This document shows positions 1 to 9,620 of a stretch of 64,000 nucleotides of DNA, in pieces; position 1 is the stretch's first letter; each line of letters begins with the position of its first letter. A model generated the notes under the pieces. The model was not told the DNA's origin. It saw only the letters and a list, made by a program, of their open reading frames with translations, and made no database searches. A program made the position numbers and the translations under genes. Origin of the DNA: Coleofasciculus sp. B1-GNL1-01 (GTDB lineage Bacteria > Cyanobacteriota > Cyanobacteriia > Cyanobacteriales > Coleofasciculaceae); assembly GCA_040220235.1 (NCBI GenBank), contig JAVJTO010000084.1, one strand, 5' to 3'.

Positions 1-328
1 GTAAGGATTTGCCGGGAATATAATCCTGCACTAAGCCAAACCAACATAACCCCGCCCCAATTTTTTGATCCAAGGAAAAATAATCCCGATATTGAGGAAT
101 TCGGGGATGATTCAGTTGCTTTAGCACAGCCGCTTCTCGTTCAAACAGCTTAAACTCATCCCACTCCATCTGGGGATTAAACGCCAGTAACTTAACTGTC
201 ACCTGTTCGCCAGACTGTAAATCTTGAGCTAACCAGGTTTGACGCCCTGCATTATTCCCCAATTGCTGTTGCAGTTGGTAGCGTTCCTGTAAACGTTGCT
301 TGGGATTAAACAAGAGATTAGTTTTCAT
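1..328 (-). CDS. Ser/Thr protein kinase, N-terminal part (runs off the window)
   Basis: Manual translation from ATG 328: MKTNLLFNPKQRLQERYQLQQQLGNNAGRQTWLAQDLQSGEQVTVKLL...FKLFEREAAVLKQLNHPRIPQY...LVQDYIPGKSL, matching Hanks-type kinase subdomains I-V; not in the ORF track because it is truncated. Confidence 0.9.
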   Translation of the reverse strand, partial: MKTNLLFNPKQRLQERYQLQQQLGNNAGRQTWLAQDLQSGEQVTVKLLAFNPQMEWDEFKLFEREAAVLKQLNHPRIPQYRDYFSLDQKIGAGLCWFGLVQDYIPGKSL

Positions 329-432
329 AAGGATTGACCGCCTCTATTGCTGTAACTGTTCAACGTAATAAAAAATCTGAATGGGCAAAAATAGTTCGGA
401 TGAGATGTATCATATTGGCGCTTGTTTACGCC

Positions 433-1467
433 TCACTGGGAATATTGATAACGCTCAATTACTGCCATTGCGTTATCTTGACCGCCATAGTAAGATTGGA
501 TAGTTTGAGCAATCTGAACCGCTCGTTTAGGGTTCCCTGTAGCAATTAATCGACGTACAATGGCATCCAAGGCTTTGGTTTTTGGTTGATAATCTGTCAT
601 CGTTTTAGCCACCTGAATCGCTTGCTCATGCTCAGTCACTGTGGTTAAATAAGGTGCGATCGCTTGGATAGTCTTACTCTTAATCGAGTCATCGGTGATA
701 CTGTGAGTTACTCTCAAGGCTTGCTCAGACTCACCAGCATCAGTTAAGTTGAGTGCGATCGCTTGTATCTTTTCAATAATTGTCAAAGCTTGCTTAGACT
801 TACCAGCAGCCGCTAATTCCGTGGCAATAACCTCAAGCGCTTTAGCTTTAACCCAGCTCTCTGTAATCGTTTCCGCAGTATCAATGGCTTGATTGTATTC
901 ACCAGCTTTCGCGTAATTAGCTGAAATATATGCTAACTTCCCATCTTCTCCGATAAAAATTCCCTGATTATTCCCTCTATCAATACTTTCTGTACCCGGA
1001 GCGCATTGAAGCGTACCATCTTCTACAATTGGTGCTGGAGGGCGATTAGTACCGGGAGATTTTGCCTGACATAGAATTGCAAATGTTGTCGATTCTCCTG
1101 TTTGTTCAATGTTACCAAAAAACACACCGCCAACATGGCTCTCTAAATCGGATGTTCGGGAAACGCTATAGTTAATGACGCTCAAAGGAGTGGCATGACT
1201 TGAATAGGTATAGTCTGTGGTTTCAGTGCTAATACCTAGTCCCAGTTCAGCAATATTATCGGTAAAATTACCTTCCTCTAAAACATAATCTTGCTGGGCG
1301 CGATTTATTGAGCCAATATAGTGTTTAGGTTCGTATTGCTGTGTTTCACGAGCGATATTAGTAAATTCAACTAATAGATAATATAGTCCTAACAAGCCAA
1401 TTAATCCCAACAAAGCCAAGCAGCCACAACCATAGCCACTATTTGTATCATTTGTATCAGCAGTCAT
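433..1467 (-). CDS. Type IV pilin-like G/H family protein with C-terminal TPR-like helical repeats
   Basis: N-terminal hydrophobic helix; YIGSINRAQQDY..EEGNF and C-x23-C pilin_GH-like motifs; repeated KAL..IA..L..AG...QAL units; ATG 1467 has an AGGAG upstream. Confidence 0.7.
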   Translation of the reverse strand: MTADTNDTNSGYGCGCLALLGLIGLLGLYYLLVEFTNIARETQQYEPKHYIGSINRAQQDYVLEEGNFTDNIAELGLGISTETTDYTYSSHATPLSVINYSVSRTSDLESHVGGVFFGNIEQTGESTTFAILCQAKSPGTNRPPAPIVEDGTLQCAPGTESIDRGNNQGIFIGEDGKLAYISANYAKAGEYNQAIDTAETITESWVKAKALEVIATELAAAGKSKQALTIIEKIQAIALNLTDAGESEQALRVTHSITDDSIKSKTIQAIAPYLTTVTEHEQAIQVAKTMTDYQPKTKALDAIVRRLIATGNPKRAVQIAQTIQSYYGGQDNAMAVIERYQYSQ

Positions 1468-1553
1468 TGAACTCTCTCTCCTACGAAGTAAACCGCACAA
1501 AACCACCCAACTTAAAGCCAAAAATTAATCATTGCCCCTTTCACCTCTCTCTC

Positions 1554-1593
1554 CCTCTGCGTACCTCTGCGCGAACCTCTGCGAACCTCTGCG
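1554..1593. repeat. Short tandem repeat (CCTCTGCG-based STRR)
   Basis: cctctgcgtacctctgcgcgaacctctgcgaacctctgcg. Confidence 0.75.
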
Positions 1594-1623
1594 TTTCAAA
1601 AAAACTAACATTAGCCCCTTCAA

Positions 1624-2397
1624 CTACCCTTGAAGCTGCATCAAATAATAAGCCATGGGAATAATTCCAAAGGAACCCACTTGCATCGACATAACCGTCA
1701 TTGCCAGATTAGGATGCTTCTGCTTTAATAAACCTGCGATCGCAAACCCCTTCGTTACAAAACCCAAAATAAAGCCAATCAGCAGTAACCCGGCTGTCAC
1801 AGCATACAGAAAAGCTAGGTTTGCCGAACTATCCATAGCGCTAATCAGAACTAACGTAGCAAAGCCCAAAGCCATGAAGAAAAGATAAACACAAAACTTA
1901 AACATCCCTTGACTGATATTTTTCAAATACCCCCGACGCTGACAGAATGAAAGACACATCGCCGCCGATAAAATCGAGCCAATGAGAGCCAGAGGAAACA
2001 TTACACTTAAAGAAACCCAACTAACCAAACTAGCCAACAGATAAAACCCATTCGCCAACCCTGCTATCACAAAAGCTTTTCGGAAAGGAATTAACTCTCG
2101 TTTGCACAGGATAAAAGATTCAATTAAAACCGTAGCCAATAAGGGTAATCCATACCCATACATCAATGACATAGCCGGAAGTGTAATTAGACTAGAGCCA
2201 AATAACCATCCTCTATTCAATCCACCACAAGCCAAGGCGGGTAATGTCAGCATTAGCAGTAAGGAGACTGTACCTCCTGTCACCTTGAGCCAAGATAGTC
2301 TCGGCGACTGCGGCTTAACAGGGATACCCCGGAAAGGAACCAAGGGAGCAGGTGTCAGAGGAAGCAGGGTTAAATCCAGGCTTGGCTTCTGTGTCAT
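1624..2397 (-). CDS. Hypothetical multi-pass membrane protein
   Basis: Many hydrophobic segments; ATG 2397 preceded by GGAG. Confidence 0.7.
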   Translation of the reverse strand: MTQKPSLDLTLLPLTPAPLVPFRGIPVKPQSPRLSWLKVTGGTVSLLLMLTLPALACGGLNRGWLFGSSLITLPAMSLMYGYGLPLLATVLIESFILCKRELIPFRKAFVIAGLANGFYLLASLVSWVSLSVMFPLALIGSILSAAMCLSFCQRRGYLKNISQGMFKFCVYLFFMALGFATLVLISAMDSSANLAFLYAVTAGLLLIGFILGFVTKGFAIAGLLKQKHPNLAMTVMSMQVGSFGIIPMAYYLMQLQG

Positions 2398-2601
2398 TGG
2401 TATTCTCCAGCAACTCGTGTTATGTCCCATCTAATCAGTCCCGTCTTTGAGATCCCATCGGAGTTATTCGAGAACTCATCGACTTCTCATTGACTTCGTT
2501 GAGATGAGGTTACTGGACTATATCTCTCCAACTTCAGGGGCTTATGCAATGGGTGTCCCATTTTTATCACCTGGTCTTTTTTCAGTCGCTTCTGCCTCTC
2601 A

Positions 2602-2716
2602 TAAGCTGTCACGCCTTTAAATTGGGAATGGCTAGCGAGCAAGATGCTCAATGCAGTGAGCAAGATGCTCACACTACAACAAGGATTTCGTCATTATTGA
2701 TATTAAGGTTTAAAAT
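2602..2716 (+). mobile_element. MITE family A (TAAGCTGT ends), right end truncated
   Basis: Begins taagctgtcacgcctttaaattgggaatg; internal tagcgagcaagatgctc; similar to copies at 9425, 28113 and 41288. Confidence 0.7.
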
Positions 2717-2884
2717 TTCACCCATGCGGGTATCACTTTCACCCATTCGGGTGTATTTATTAACTTCAAAAAGTGATATTTTTATACAAACTAGTCAACC
2801 AAGGTCGTATCATTTTGTAAATAAAATACAAAGTTGATTTGTTGCCAAAATAAAATAGAATTAAAAAGATACATAGGTGCAACC

Positions 2885-3319
2885 ATGCAACTTAGAAACG
2901 AGAACTATTCAAAGTTGCCTCGTTTCCTCCATCGCTATTTTCCGCTTCAGAGGATAGGGGCAAAACGATTAGCAGGCTCAACGTTAACCCAAGTCCTAAC
3001 CCTAGCCATTGCTGTTGGCTTGACCAATCTGGGAGCAACGTTAGCTCAAGTTCCGGGAAATAGTACGATAAACTCGCCAACACCGCAGTCTTTCCCCTCT
3101 CCTCGATTGCCTAGGCGTGAGCTCAACGTAGAACCTGTGCGACCTGCACCAATTCCCGCTCTCTATGAACATCCTGATTTCTTTGAGGAAGGACACGAAG
3201 ATTTCGAGGAAAAAATTGACCAGTTAAGACTCCAGAATACGCCAGATTCTTCCGAAGACGAGGTACTCACAATTGAAGAGTCAGCGTACTGGGAAAATCA
3301 AGACCATGGAGAGAGTTGA
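2885..3319 (+). CDS. Secreted hypothetical protein, short paralog of the next gene
   Basis: Signal-peptide-like region ending LA-Q, Pro-rich linker, YEHPDFFEEG motif shared with 3518..4426. Confidence 0.7.
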   Translation: MQLRNENYSKLPRFLHRYFPLQRIGAKRLAGSTLTQVLTLAIAVGLTNLGATLAQVPGNSTINSPTPQSFPSPRLPRRELNVEPVRPAPIPALYEHPDFFEEGHEDFEEKIDQLRLQNTPDSSEDEVLTIEESAYWENQDHGES

Positions 3320-3451
3320 TTGACGAACAAATCCCACCTTGACCTAAATTAACTGTTGGTAATCAGCGCTTAAGCGCTTCTGCCACTAAAGTGGCTACTA
3401 CGAACTCAGGTATAGAGATGTGTTAATTTGTCGCTAGAAATAAGCCCATTG

Positions 3452-3479
3452 ATAGAAGGTAAACCCTTCTATTTTTTTT
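3452..3479 (+). terminator. Putative intrinsic terminator
   Basis: ATAGAAGG-TAAAC-CCTTCTAT hairpin followed by a T run. Confidence 0.5.
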
Positions 3480-3517
3480 AGAATGAACGTAAATCCAATA
3501 AAAACGGAGGTTAAATT

Positions 3518-4426
3518 ATGACTACTCAACGCAACAAGTATTCAAAATTACCACGTTTACCCGATCGCGCCCCCGATTCTCAAGCGTCAGAGTCTAGACT
3601 AGGCGTGGGTTCTACCGTTGCCAAACTAGGGACTCTAGCCATCGCCCTAGTTATAACGAATCTAGGCTTGACCCATTCAGCGTTTGCTCAAACTCAAATT
3701 CCCAGGAATCCTAACTCGCAAACGCCACAACCCTTACCATCCGATCAAACGCCGAATATAGACCTCCCTGACGCCGAACCGCCGCAACCCTTACCCCCGC
3801 ATGGTATCTATGAGCATCCCGACTTCTTTGAGGAAGGCGAAGAAAAACTAGAACGACGCATTGACAGGCTCAGAGAAAGACGCGATGAAGACGAATCTGA
3901 AGAGGATGTACTCACGATTGAAGAGCAAGCCTACTGGCAAAATCGAGACCATCCAGATAGTCTGCTGACGCTGCGTGATCCAGAAACGGGATGGACGAGA
4001 GTGGTTTCCCCCCAAGGAGAATTTGCGGTTTCTCTACCCAAAAAACCTACAGATGTCACAGCCGTTCCAGCCAATCAAGCAACTAATCTTGATCTAGAAG
4101 CGTATCGACTAAACCAACCTCCCCAAAAATTCGTCATCGCTTATTCTGAAGAAACTGCGTTAGCTGAACCAGAAGCCAAGTTACGCCAAGTCCGCGACCA
4201 AATTTTAGCCGAAACTGACGCTCAATTACGACGCGATCGCCCAATTTCCCTGGATGGTTATCCCGGTCGATCTTTTCAACTGAGAACCCCCAATCAAGTG
4301 ATGACGTACAGGTTGTATTGGGTGGACAATCGCCTATATGTTTTGAGAGCCAGTCAACAGCATCCAGGGGAGACTGATTATCAAGCGGCTCAGTTTTTCA
4401 ATTCCTTTGAGCCAATTTTTCAATAG
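3518..4426 (+). CDS. Secreted hypothetical protein with a C-terminal PsbP/Mog1-like domain
   Basis: GGAGG SD; signal ending AFA-Q; C-terminal W....SP.G.F.V.LP..P...ISLDGYPGR...RLY.VDNRLY.L...FFNSF pattern. Confidence 0.75.
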   Translation: MTTQRNKYSKLPRLPDRAPDSQASESRLGVGSTVAKLGTLAIALVITNLGLTHSAFAQTQIPRNPNSQTPQPLPSDQTPNIDLPDAEPPQPLPPHGIYEHPDFFEEGEEKLERRIDRLRERRDEDESEEDVLTIEEQAYWQNRDHPDSLLTLRDPETGWTRVVSPQGEFAVSLPKKPTDVTAVPANQATNLDLEAYRLNQPPQKFVIAYSEETALAEPEAKLRQVRDQILAETDAQLRRDRPISLDGYPGRSFQLRTPNQVMTYRLYWVDNRLYVLRASQQHPGETDYQAAQFFNSFEPIFQ

Positions 4427-4466
4427 GATAATTAGAGTCTGCTGAATAAGTCTTGTGGTGGGGAGA

Positions 4467-4494
4467 GGCAATAGGGAATAGGCAATAGGCAATA
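4467..4494. repeat. STRR heptamer repeat (ATAGGCA/ATAGGGA)
   Basis: ggcaatagggaataggcaataggcaatag. Confidence 0.7.
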
Positions 4495-4567
4495 GTTTTT
4501 GTCCTCAGAATCTACTCTAGGTAAAGGTTTCAAGGATTAAGATGGCAAAACTTGTGAGAAATGCGGG

Positions 4568-5476
4568 TCATAGGGATTTGGTATCATGGGTTTGCTCAGA
4601 TCCTTTATGGTGAAAACGAATTCCCAGGAAAACATCATAGACGAAACTTAAGAAATCTTTGCCTTGTAGTAGTCCCAACGACTGATGACAGCCCTTTTGT
4701 TCTAATAAAGGCTGAGTGGCTCGATAGGCTCCTTGATATTTGTACCAGGGAATAGAGGGCCACAGATGATGAATCAAATGGTAATTCTGACCCATAATCA
4801 TAATATTCAGGATGGGGCTAGGATAAACCCTGGCATTTTTCCAGCGATCGCGTTCTTTGAAGGGGCGATGGGGTAAATAGTCAAAAAACAAGCCCAATGC
4901 CAACCCCACAACCAGGGCTGGGGTAAACCAAAAGTTCATGATATAGCCCAAAAAGCCATAGTGACACGCCAGGTAAATCACCCCCGCCACAAACGCTCGG
5001 CTCAAGAACCATTCCAGCAGTTCATACTTACGCCACAAGCGACGCTTAAAGAAAAAGACCTCATGGTAAAAGAAGCGTGCCGCAATTAGCCACAGAGGAC
5101 CCCCGGTTGAGACAAAATGATCGGGATCGTTTTCTGGATCATTCACATTGGCATGATGCTGCATGTGTACCCGGGTAAACACTGGGAACGCAAACCCCAA
5201 CATCAACGCACTCCCATGACCCATCAACGCATTCGCGATCGGATTTTTGTGGGCGACATTGTGAGAGGCATCATGGATTACTGTACCCGCCATATGCAAT
5301 GCTAGGACATTAATCCCAAAGCACAAGGGTGCGGGTAACTCCCACAGCCAGTAACCGCAGGTCGAGAAGACTATCAGAGCCATCGCTACTATGAACATTA
5401 GTAACGTGAGATTAAAATCTTCGGGGGCACCCAAGAATTCTCTGGGTACGGTCAGTGGCTTGATTGCCTCCGACAT
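4568..5476 (-). CDS. crtR: Beta-carotene hydroxylase
   Basis: Desaturase His boxes HDASH, HMQHH, HLIHH; cyanobacterial CrtR signature LTVPREFL...FNLTLLMF. Confidence 0.93.
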   Translation of the reverse strand: MSEAIKPLTVPREFLGAPEDFNLTLLMFIVAMALIVFSTCGYWLWELPAPLCFGINVLALHMAGTVIHDASHNVAHKNPIANALMGHGSALMLGFAFPVFTRVHMQHHANVNDPENDPDHFVSTGGPLWLIAARFFYHEVFFFKRRLWRKYELLEWFLSRAFVAGVIYLACHYGFLGYIMNFWFTPALVVGLALGLFFDYLPHRPFKERDRWKNARVYPSPILNIMIMGQNYHLIHHLWPSIPWYKYQGAYRATQPLLEQKGCHQSLGLLQGKDFLSFVYDVFLGIRFHHKGSEQTHDTKSL

Positions 5477-5615
5477 CGTTGTTTGTACTCCTTATTAACT
5501 ATCCTTTGGTAGTATAAGATGTCTTAACAGAATTATAAAGTTTTGTTGACATCAGGTCATTTAATCAAAATTGACCGACTGATAAGCTTAACACGTTTTG
5601 GCGGCTTCGCTCAGG

Positions 5616-5763
5616 AGATGGGGGAGCTGGGGGAGCTGAGGGAGCTGGGGAAGCTGGGGAAGCTGGGGAAGATGAGGGAGTAAACGAATGACGAATGACG
5701 AATGACAAATGACCAATGACAAATGACCAATGACAAATGACCAATGACGAATGACCAATGACT
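5616..5763. repeat. Composite STRR: (GGGGAGCTG)n followed by (AATGACN)n
   Basis: Direct reading of tandem nonamers then heptamers. Confidence 0.9.
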
Positions 5764-5843
5764 GAAGCATTCAGGGAAACTCTTATCGTACTGCTATGGT
5801 CTTAACCTCATAAGTCGTCGATTATCCACAACGTATCCAGACC

Positions 5844-6638
5844 ATGAAAGCTTCTTCCCGATTCCCTGTTCCCTCGACTCAGATGACCCGCAATCGGTTA
5901 GCCAATAGGGTGTCTGTGGGGTTAAAAACTACGGGTTGGTCAGCGAGTTTAGCTATTGTCCTCGCTAGTACCAATGGTTTAGCCGTCAACCCTGTCAACC
6001 AAAACCTCCCTGTTCAAAATCAGCTTCAGCGTGATGCTACCGTTGCTCAGAATAACACTGATGACCCGCGATTCACCTGCCAATTCTTTGAGGGGGAGTA
6101 TACGGTGATGTATCATCCCGAAAGTCAACCTGAACAGGCTTATGCTTGGGCGACTCCTAGTTTGATGGGTGGGGGTTGGACTCCAGAACGCCGATGTAAT
6201 GAAATTAGCCGCCGTTTGGAGTTTTATCGACCGGATGGGTTATTGGAAATGCGGACAGCGACGGAAAATAACTACAACATTATTTGTGTCACCACGCAGA
6301 AGAACCCAGATTGTCAAATTGTCCTGACTGTACCGCCCGGTCAAGATCCTCAACTCACTCGCGATCGCGTATTTGAAAATTTGACGGTTGCTGATAGTGG
6401 TCAAGCGACGGATGCTGTGACCACCTTTATTGAAGATGAGAACCGTTCAGATCTGCTTGATCGGGTGTTAAATGAAGGATTATCAGTCTTGGGAATGGGT
6501 AAACCGTCTAGACCGAGTTCTGAGTCGATCAATTTGCGACCTTTTCTTGATCCGGCTGATGGTGGAACAGGAACTCAATTGCGCCAGGAGACACCAGGAC
6601 GATCCACTCCCCGTCTAAACCCTGATAATTTCCGATGA
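5844..6638 (+). CDS. COP23 domain-containing secreted protein
   Basis: RFTC...GGGWTPERRC.EISRRL...N.YNIIC...C.IV.TVPPG.DP pattern typical of COP23. Confidence 0.8.
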   Translation: MKASSRFPVPSTQMTRNRLANRVSVGLKTTGWSASLAIVLASTNGLAVNPVNQNLPVQNQLQRDATVAQNNTDDPRFTCQFFEGEYTVMYHPESQPEQAYAWATPSLMGGGWTPERRCNEISRRLEFYRPDGLLEMRTATENNYNIICVTTQKNPDCQIVLTVPPGQDPQLTRDRVFENLTVADSGQATDAVTTFIEDENRSDLLDRVLNEGLSVLGMGKPSRPSSESINLRPFLDPADGGTGTQLRQETPGRSTPRLNPDNFR

Positions 6639-7454
6639 ATCAGGTTCAATTTGGGGTTGAGGCACACTGAGATCTAAGAAATTTTGGTGTTTTAATATTT
6701 CAAATAGGTTGACATCGGTTTCCAGTAAACAGGCATGACCTGACTTCGGCAATACCGACATCGTAGCGTTTGGCAGATAGTTGACTAAGGCTTTGGCTTC
6801 TGAGACGGAAGACCACAAGCGATCCAACGCGCTGGCGAGGATGAGGGTGGGTTGGGTCAATTGTTCGAGTTGTTCTGGAGAAACTTGAAAATTTCTCAGC
6901 ATGGATACTCGCCAATGCATGGTTTTGGCAGGTAATGATCGCATTGCTTCTAAGAGGGCGCGGCGATTTCTGGGAATCATCCGATTGAGAGATGATAAGA
7001 CGGGCAATAATGTCAGAGTTGAGAGGTGATAAATATTCTCCGGTAATACGCCTAACCATTGTGATCCCCACAGTAACCATGAGGGTTGACTCACGGAGGT
7101 GGCTGGGTTACATAAAATGATTCGGTGCAACAGATGGGGGGCGGTGAGGGCGACCTTTAGGGCTAAACAGCCACCAAAGGACTCGCCACAGAGATAAACG
7201 CTTTGGCTGTTTCTTTGGCTGAGTTCTGTGGCAATTAAGCTAGCCACCTGATTGGCTAAGTCTTGCCAGTCACTCAAATAGTGGGGCGGAATGACCAAAC
7301 ACCGAACATCAAACGCTGCGGCTAAGTTGGGTATCTGCGATCGCAAGAGTTGACCGGTTCCATCCATCCCCGGTAAATAGACGAACAAGGGATAATCCGG
7401 ATTGGGCGATCGCGGTGTCAGAAAATAAGGATGACTTTTTAGCTCTGGCATCAT
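6615..7454 (-). CDS. Alpha/beta hydrolase
   Basis: LPGMDGTG, nucleophile elbow GESFGG, catalytic His in SGHACL. Confidence 0.88.
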   Translation of the reverse strand: MMPELKSHPYFLTPRSPNPDYPLFVYLPGMDGTGQLLRSQIPNLAAAFDVRCLVIPPHYLSDWQDLANQVASLIATELSQRNSQSVYLCGESFGGCLALKVALTAPHLLHRIILCNPATSVSQPSWLLWGSQWLGVLPENIYHLSTLTLLPVLSSLNRMIPRNRRALLEAMRSLPAKTMHWRVSMLRNFQVSPEQLEQLTQPTLILASALDRLWSSVSEAKALVNYLPNATMSVLPKSGHACLLETDVNLFEILKHQNFLDLSVPQPQIEPDSSEIIRV

Positions 7455-8515
7455 TGACTTTAGGTAGCCTTCGCTTATACTAGACAATTTCCCCCCTAGG
7501 GGCTTTCTCGGCTAAAGCTGAGATCTGTATCGATTAGTCTTGACACAACCCTTAGGGATAGTTATTTAATCTTTCTTTACAATAAGCGGTAATACGGCTG
7601 ACTGGCAAATATTCTGAAAGTGGGGATGATTGAAATGCTGGGAAATATGGGAACAATTAGGGAGCTGGCGCAGCTTATCGCAGTAGTCTTAGCCCCAATT
7701 CAACAACAGGAGTTGACAAAATCGCTATTATATGGATAGACGGCAAATTGCCAAGACTTACCTCTGCTGCTGCCTTGACTTCATCTCAGTTCCGTTGACC
7801 TGTCACTCAACCTAGAGATGAGCTTGAACTCTCCTAAATTTAACGAAATAATTCTTTATATTGAGAAATAACTCCTTTGTTTTAGTTAGTTCAAGCATTT
7901 TTAAACAAAATTTAGTAAAGTTTGTTAATGTTTTGTAGTATTTAATACTTTGTTTTGTCAAAATGCAAAGTAAAGCCAACTGGATATACCATAACAACCA
8001 AGTATAGGGAGGGTGTTTTTGTAAACAATCGATGACTTCTAATCGGACTCAAAGAAACACATTGACCGTTAAAAGTAACGTAGCCCACAAACTCAGGGAC
8101 TTCCTGTGCCGAAGCCTAGGTAAGAGGAGTCCCGATTACCAAGAGGCTAGGGTAGAGAGTATCCACAAATACAGGAGGACAGATCATGGTTTAGAATCTA
8201 TCGAGCAACGGTTAAGCGATCGCACGGCTAATATAGAAACTGTCCTCCCTTTGAGGCAAGTCGGCAAAACCATCATTTGGGAAATTAATTTCCTTAACTC
8301 ATTTAACCAATTCCTTGTCAAACAAGAGTTTGGCAGTTCGTCCAAGATACGGAAACACTACTCTAACTGTGCAGGTCTTGTACAGTATCGGGGAATCAGC
8401 TAGACTAACAGCTTGTCTACTCGCGCTGACTATTCCCAATCAACATCGATATCTACCAAAAACCTGGCTACCCTAGTGACTTTAACCAAAAAACTCTCAT
8501 TTAAGATGAATATCG

Positions 8516-8581
8516 CTGACTTAAGCTGGGTTCGTAGTAGACACTTTAGTGCCAGCAGTGTTAAAGCGCTTACTACAAACT
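8516..8581 (+). repeat. Small dispersed repeat of about 66 bp (intergenic copy)
   Basis: ctgacttaagctgggttcgtagtagacactttagtgccagcagtgttaaagcgcttactacaaact; near-identical reverse complement at 35862-35927 and a partial copy at about 3365-3405. Confidence 0.8.
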
Positions 8582-8809
8582 CTAAATTCAGTGACATTCC
8601 ATTTAAGATCATGCAACATCAGTCATTCATTGGCATTGGGTAACCTTAGCGAATGATCGCTAAAGGGCATTTACGCCTGTTTTTGGGCGATGGAAGCCTG
8701 ATAGTGTTCCGTCGTTTTCAGCCAAAATCACACTTACGGCTGACTAAACGAGAAGATGGTTGGGAAGGGAGCATCTATTTCTTTCATAAAAAACTGAGGC
8801 ATAAAAATC

Positions 8810-9427
8810 ATGTTGAATAATTTTAGTACCGATCCCATTTTTACACCTGAGCAAGTTTTAGAAAATCGCGGTCGGGTTGCCATATTCATTGATGGATCAA
8901 ATCTGTTTTATGCAGCCCTGCAATTAGGCATTGAAATTGATTACACCAAACTGTTGGTTCGTTTAACGGCTGGTTCACGACTGCTGCGCTCCTTCTTTTA
9001 CACGGGTGTTGATCGCACCAATGAAAAGCAGCAAGGGTTTTTGCTGTGGATGCGCCGCAATGGATACCGGGTCATTGCTAAGGATTTAGTGCAGTTACCT
9101 GATGGATCGAAAAAGGCGAATCTAGATGTGGAAATTGCTGTCGATATGATGGCATTAGTGGGATCTTATGATACTGCCATTCTCGTCAGTGGCGACGGTG
9201 ATCTGGCGTATGCTGTAGATGCCGTCAGTTATCGAGGAGTACGGGTTGAGGTGGTTAGTTTACGTTCAATGACTAGCGATAGTCTGATTAACGTCGCGGA
9301 TCGGTATATTGATCTGGATCAGATTCAAGAAAGTATCCGCAAATCCCCACGACAAAACTATACCTATCGTCCTTTATCCGGTATTGGTATGATGGATGAT
9401 CCCGGAGATCCTTCCATGGGTCATTAA
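8810..9427 (+). CDS. NYN domain protein (LabA/LalA-like)
   Basis: IFIDGSNL, KANLDVEIAVDM and LVSGDGDL acidic PIN-fold motifs. Confidence 0.9.
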   Translation: MLNNFSTDPIFTPEQVLENRGRVAIFIDGSNLFYAALQLGIEIDYTKLLVRLTAGSRLLRSFFYTGVDRTNEKQQGFLLWMRRNGYRVIAKDLVQLPDGSKKANLDVEIAVDMMALVGSYDTAILVSGDGDLAYAVDAVSYRGVRVEVVSLRSMTSDSLINVADRYIDLDQIQESIRKSPRQNYTYRPLSGIGMMDDPGDPSMGH

Positions 9428-9534
9428 GCTGTTCGTCATTGAAACGTTATTGTCAATGATGGCAATGGCGAAATTCTGGTAATGCGAGTACCTTGCTCGC
9501 TACGAATACCCGAATTTGAATTCATGACAGCTTA
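9425..9534 (-). mobile_element. MITE family A, complete copy
   Basis: Terminal inverted repeats TAAGCTGT...ACAGCTTA; internal gtaatgcgagtaccttgctcgctac hairpin; left end overlaps the NYN stop codon. Confidence 0.75.
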
Positions 9535-9620
9535 CTCATGAGTTATGAGTCATTAGTCCTGGCTGTTTTACGGTTAAGGACTAATGACTAACCATCCAAA
9601 TTTAAAATAAGCTGGCTCCA

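Noticed and set aside
2487..2837. ORFs 2487..2672 and 2544..2837 (also 28122..28319, 57219..57401, 62144..62461)
   Set aside because: They run through MITE or REP sequences and show no protein features
5616..5763. Repeat tracts (also 10767, 15115, 16506, 55066) as CRISPR arrays
   Set aside because: They are 7-9 bp tandem units with no unique spacers and no cas genes nearby; typical cyanobacterial STRRs
5588..5770. 60-aa ORF (and 16440..16628)
   Set aside because: These are translations of STRR tracts
8090..8160. Known riboswitch (c-di-GMP or c-di-AMP)
   Set aside because: A hairpin is present but I could not see the consensus motifs; needs cmscan
8032..8643. ORFs 8032..8403, 8413..8643 and 8430..8612 as genes
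   Set aside because: No recognisable motifs; the match of 8413..8643 to the NTPase peptide is explained by the shared DNA repeat
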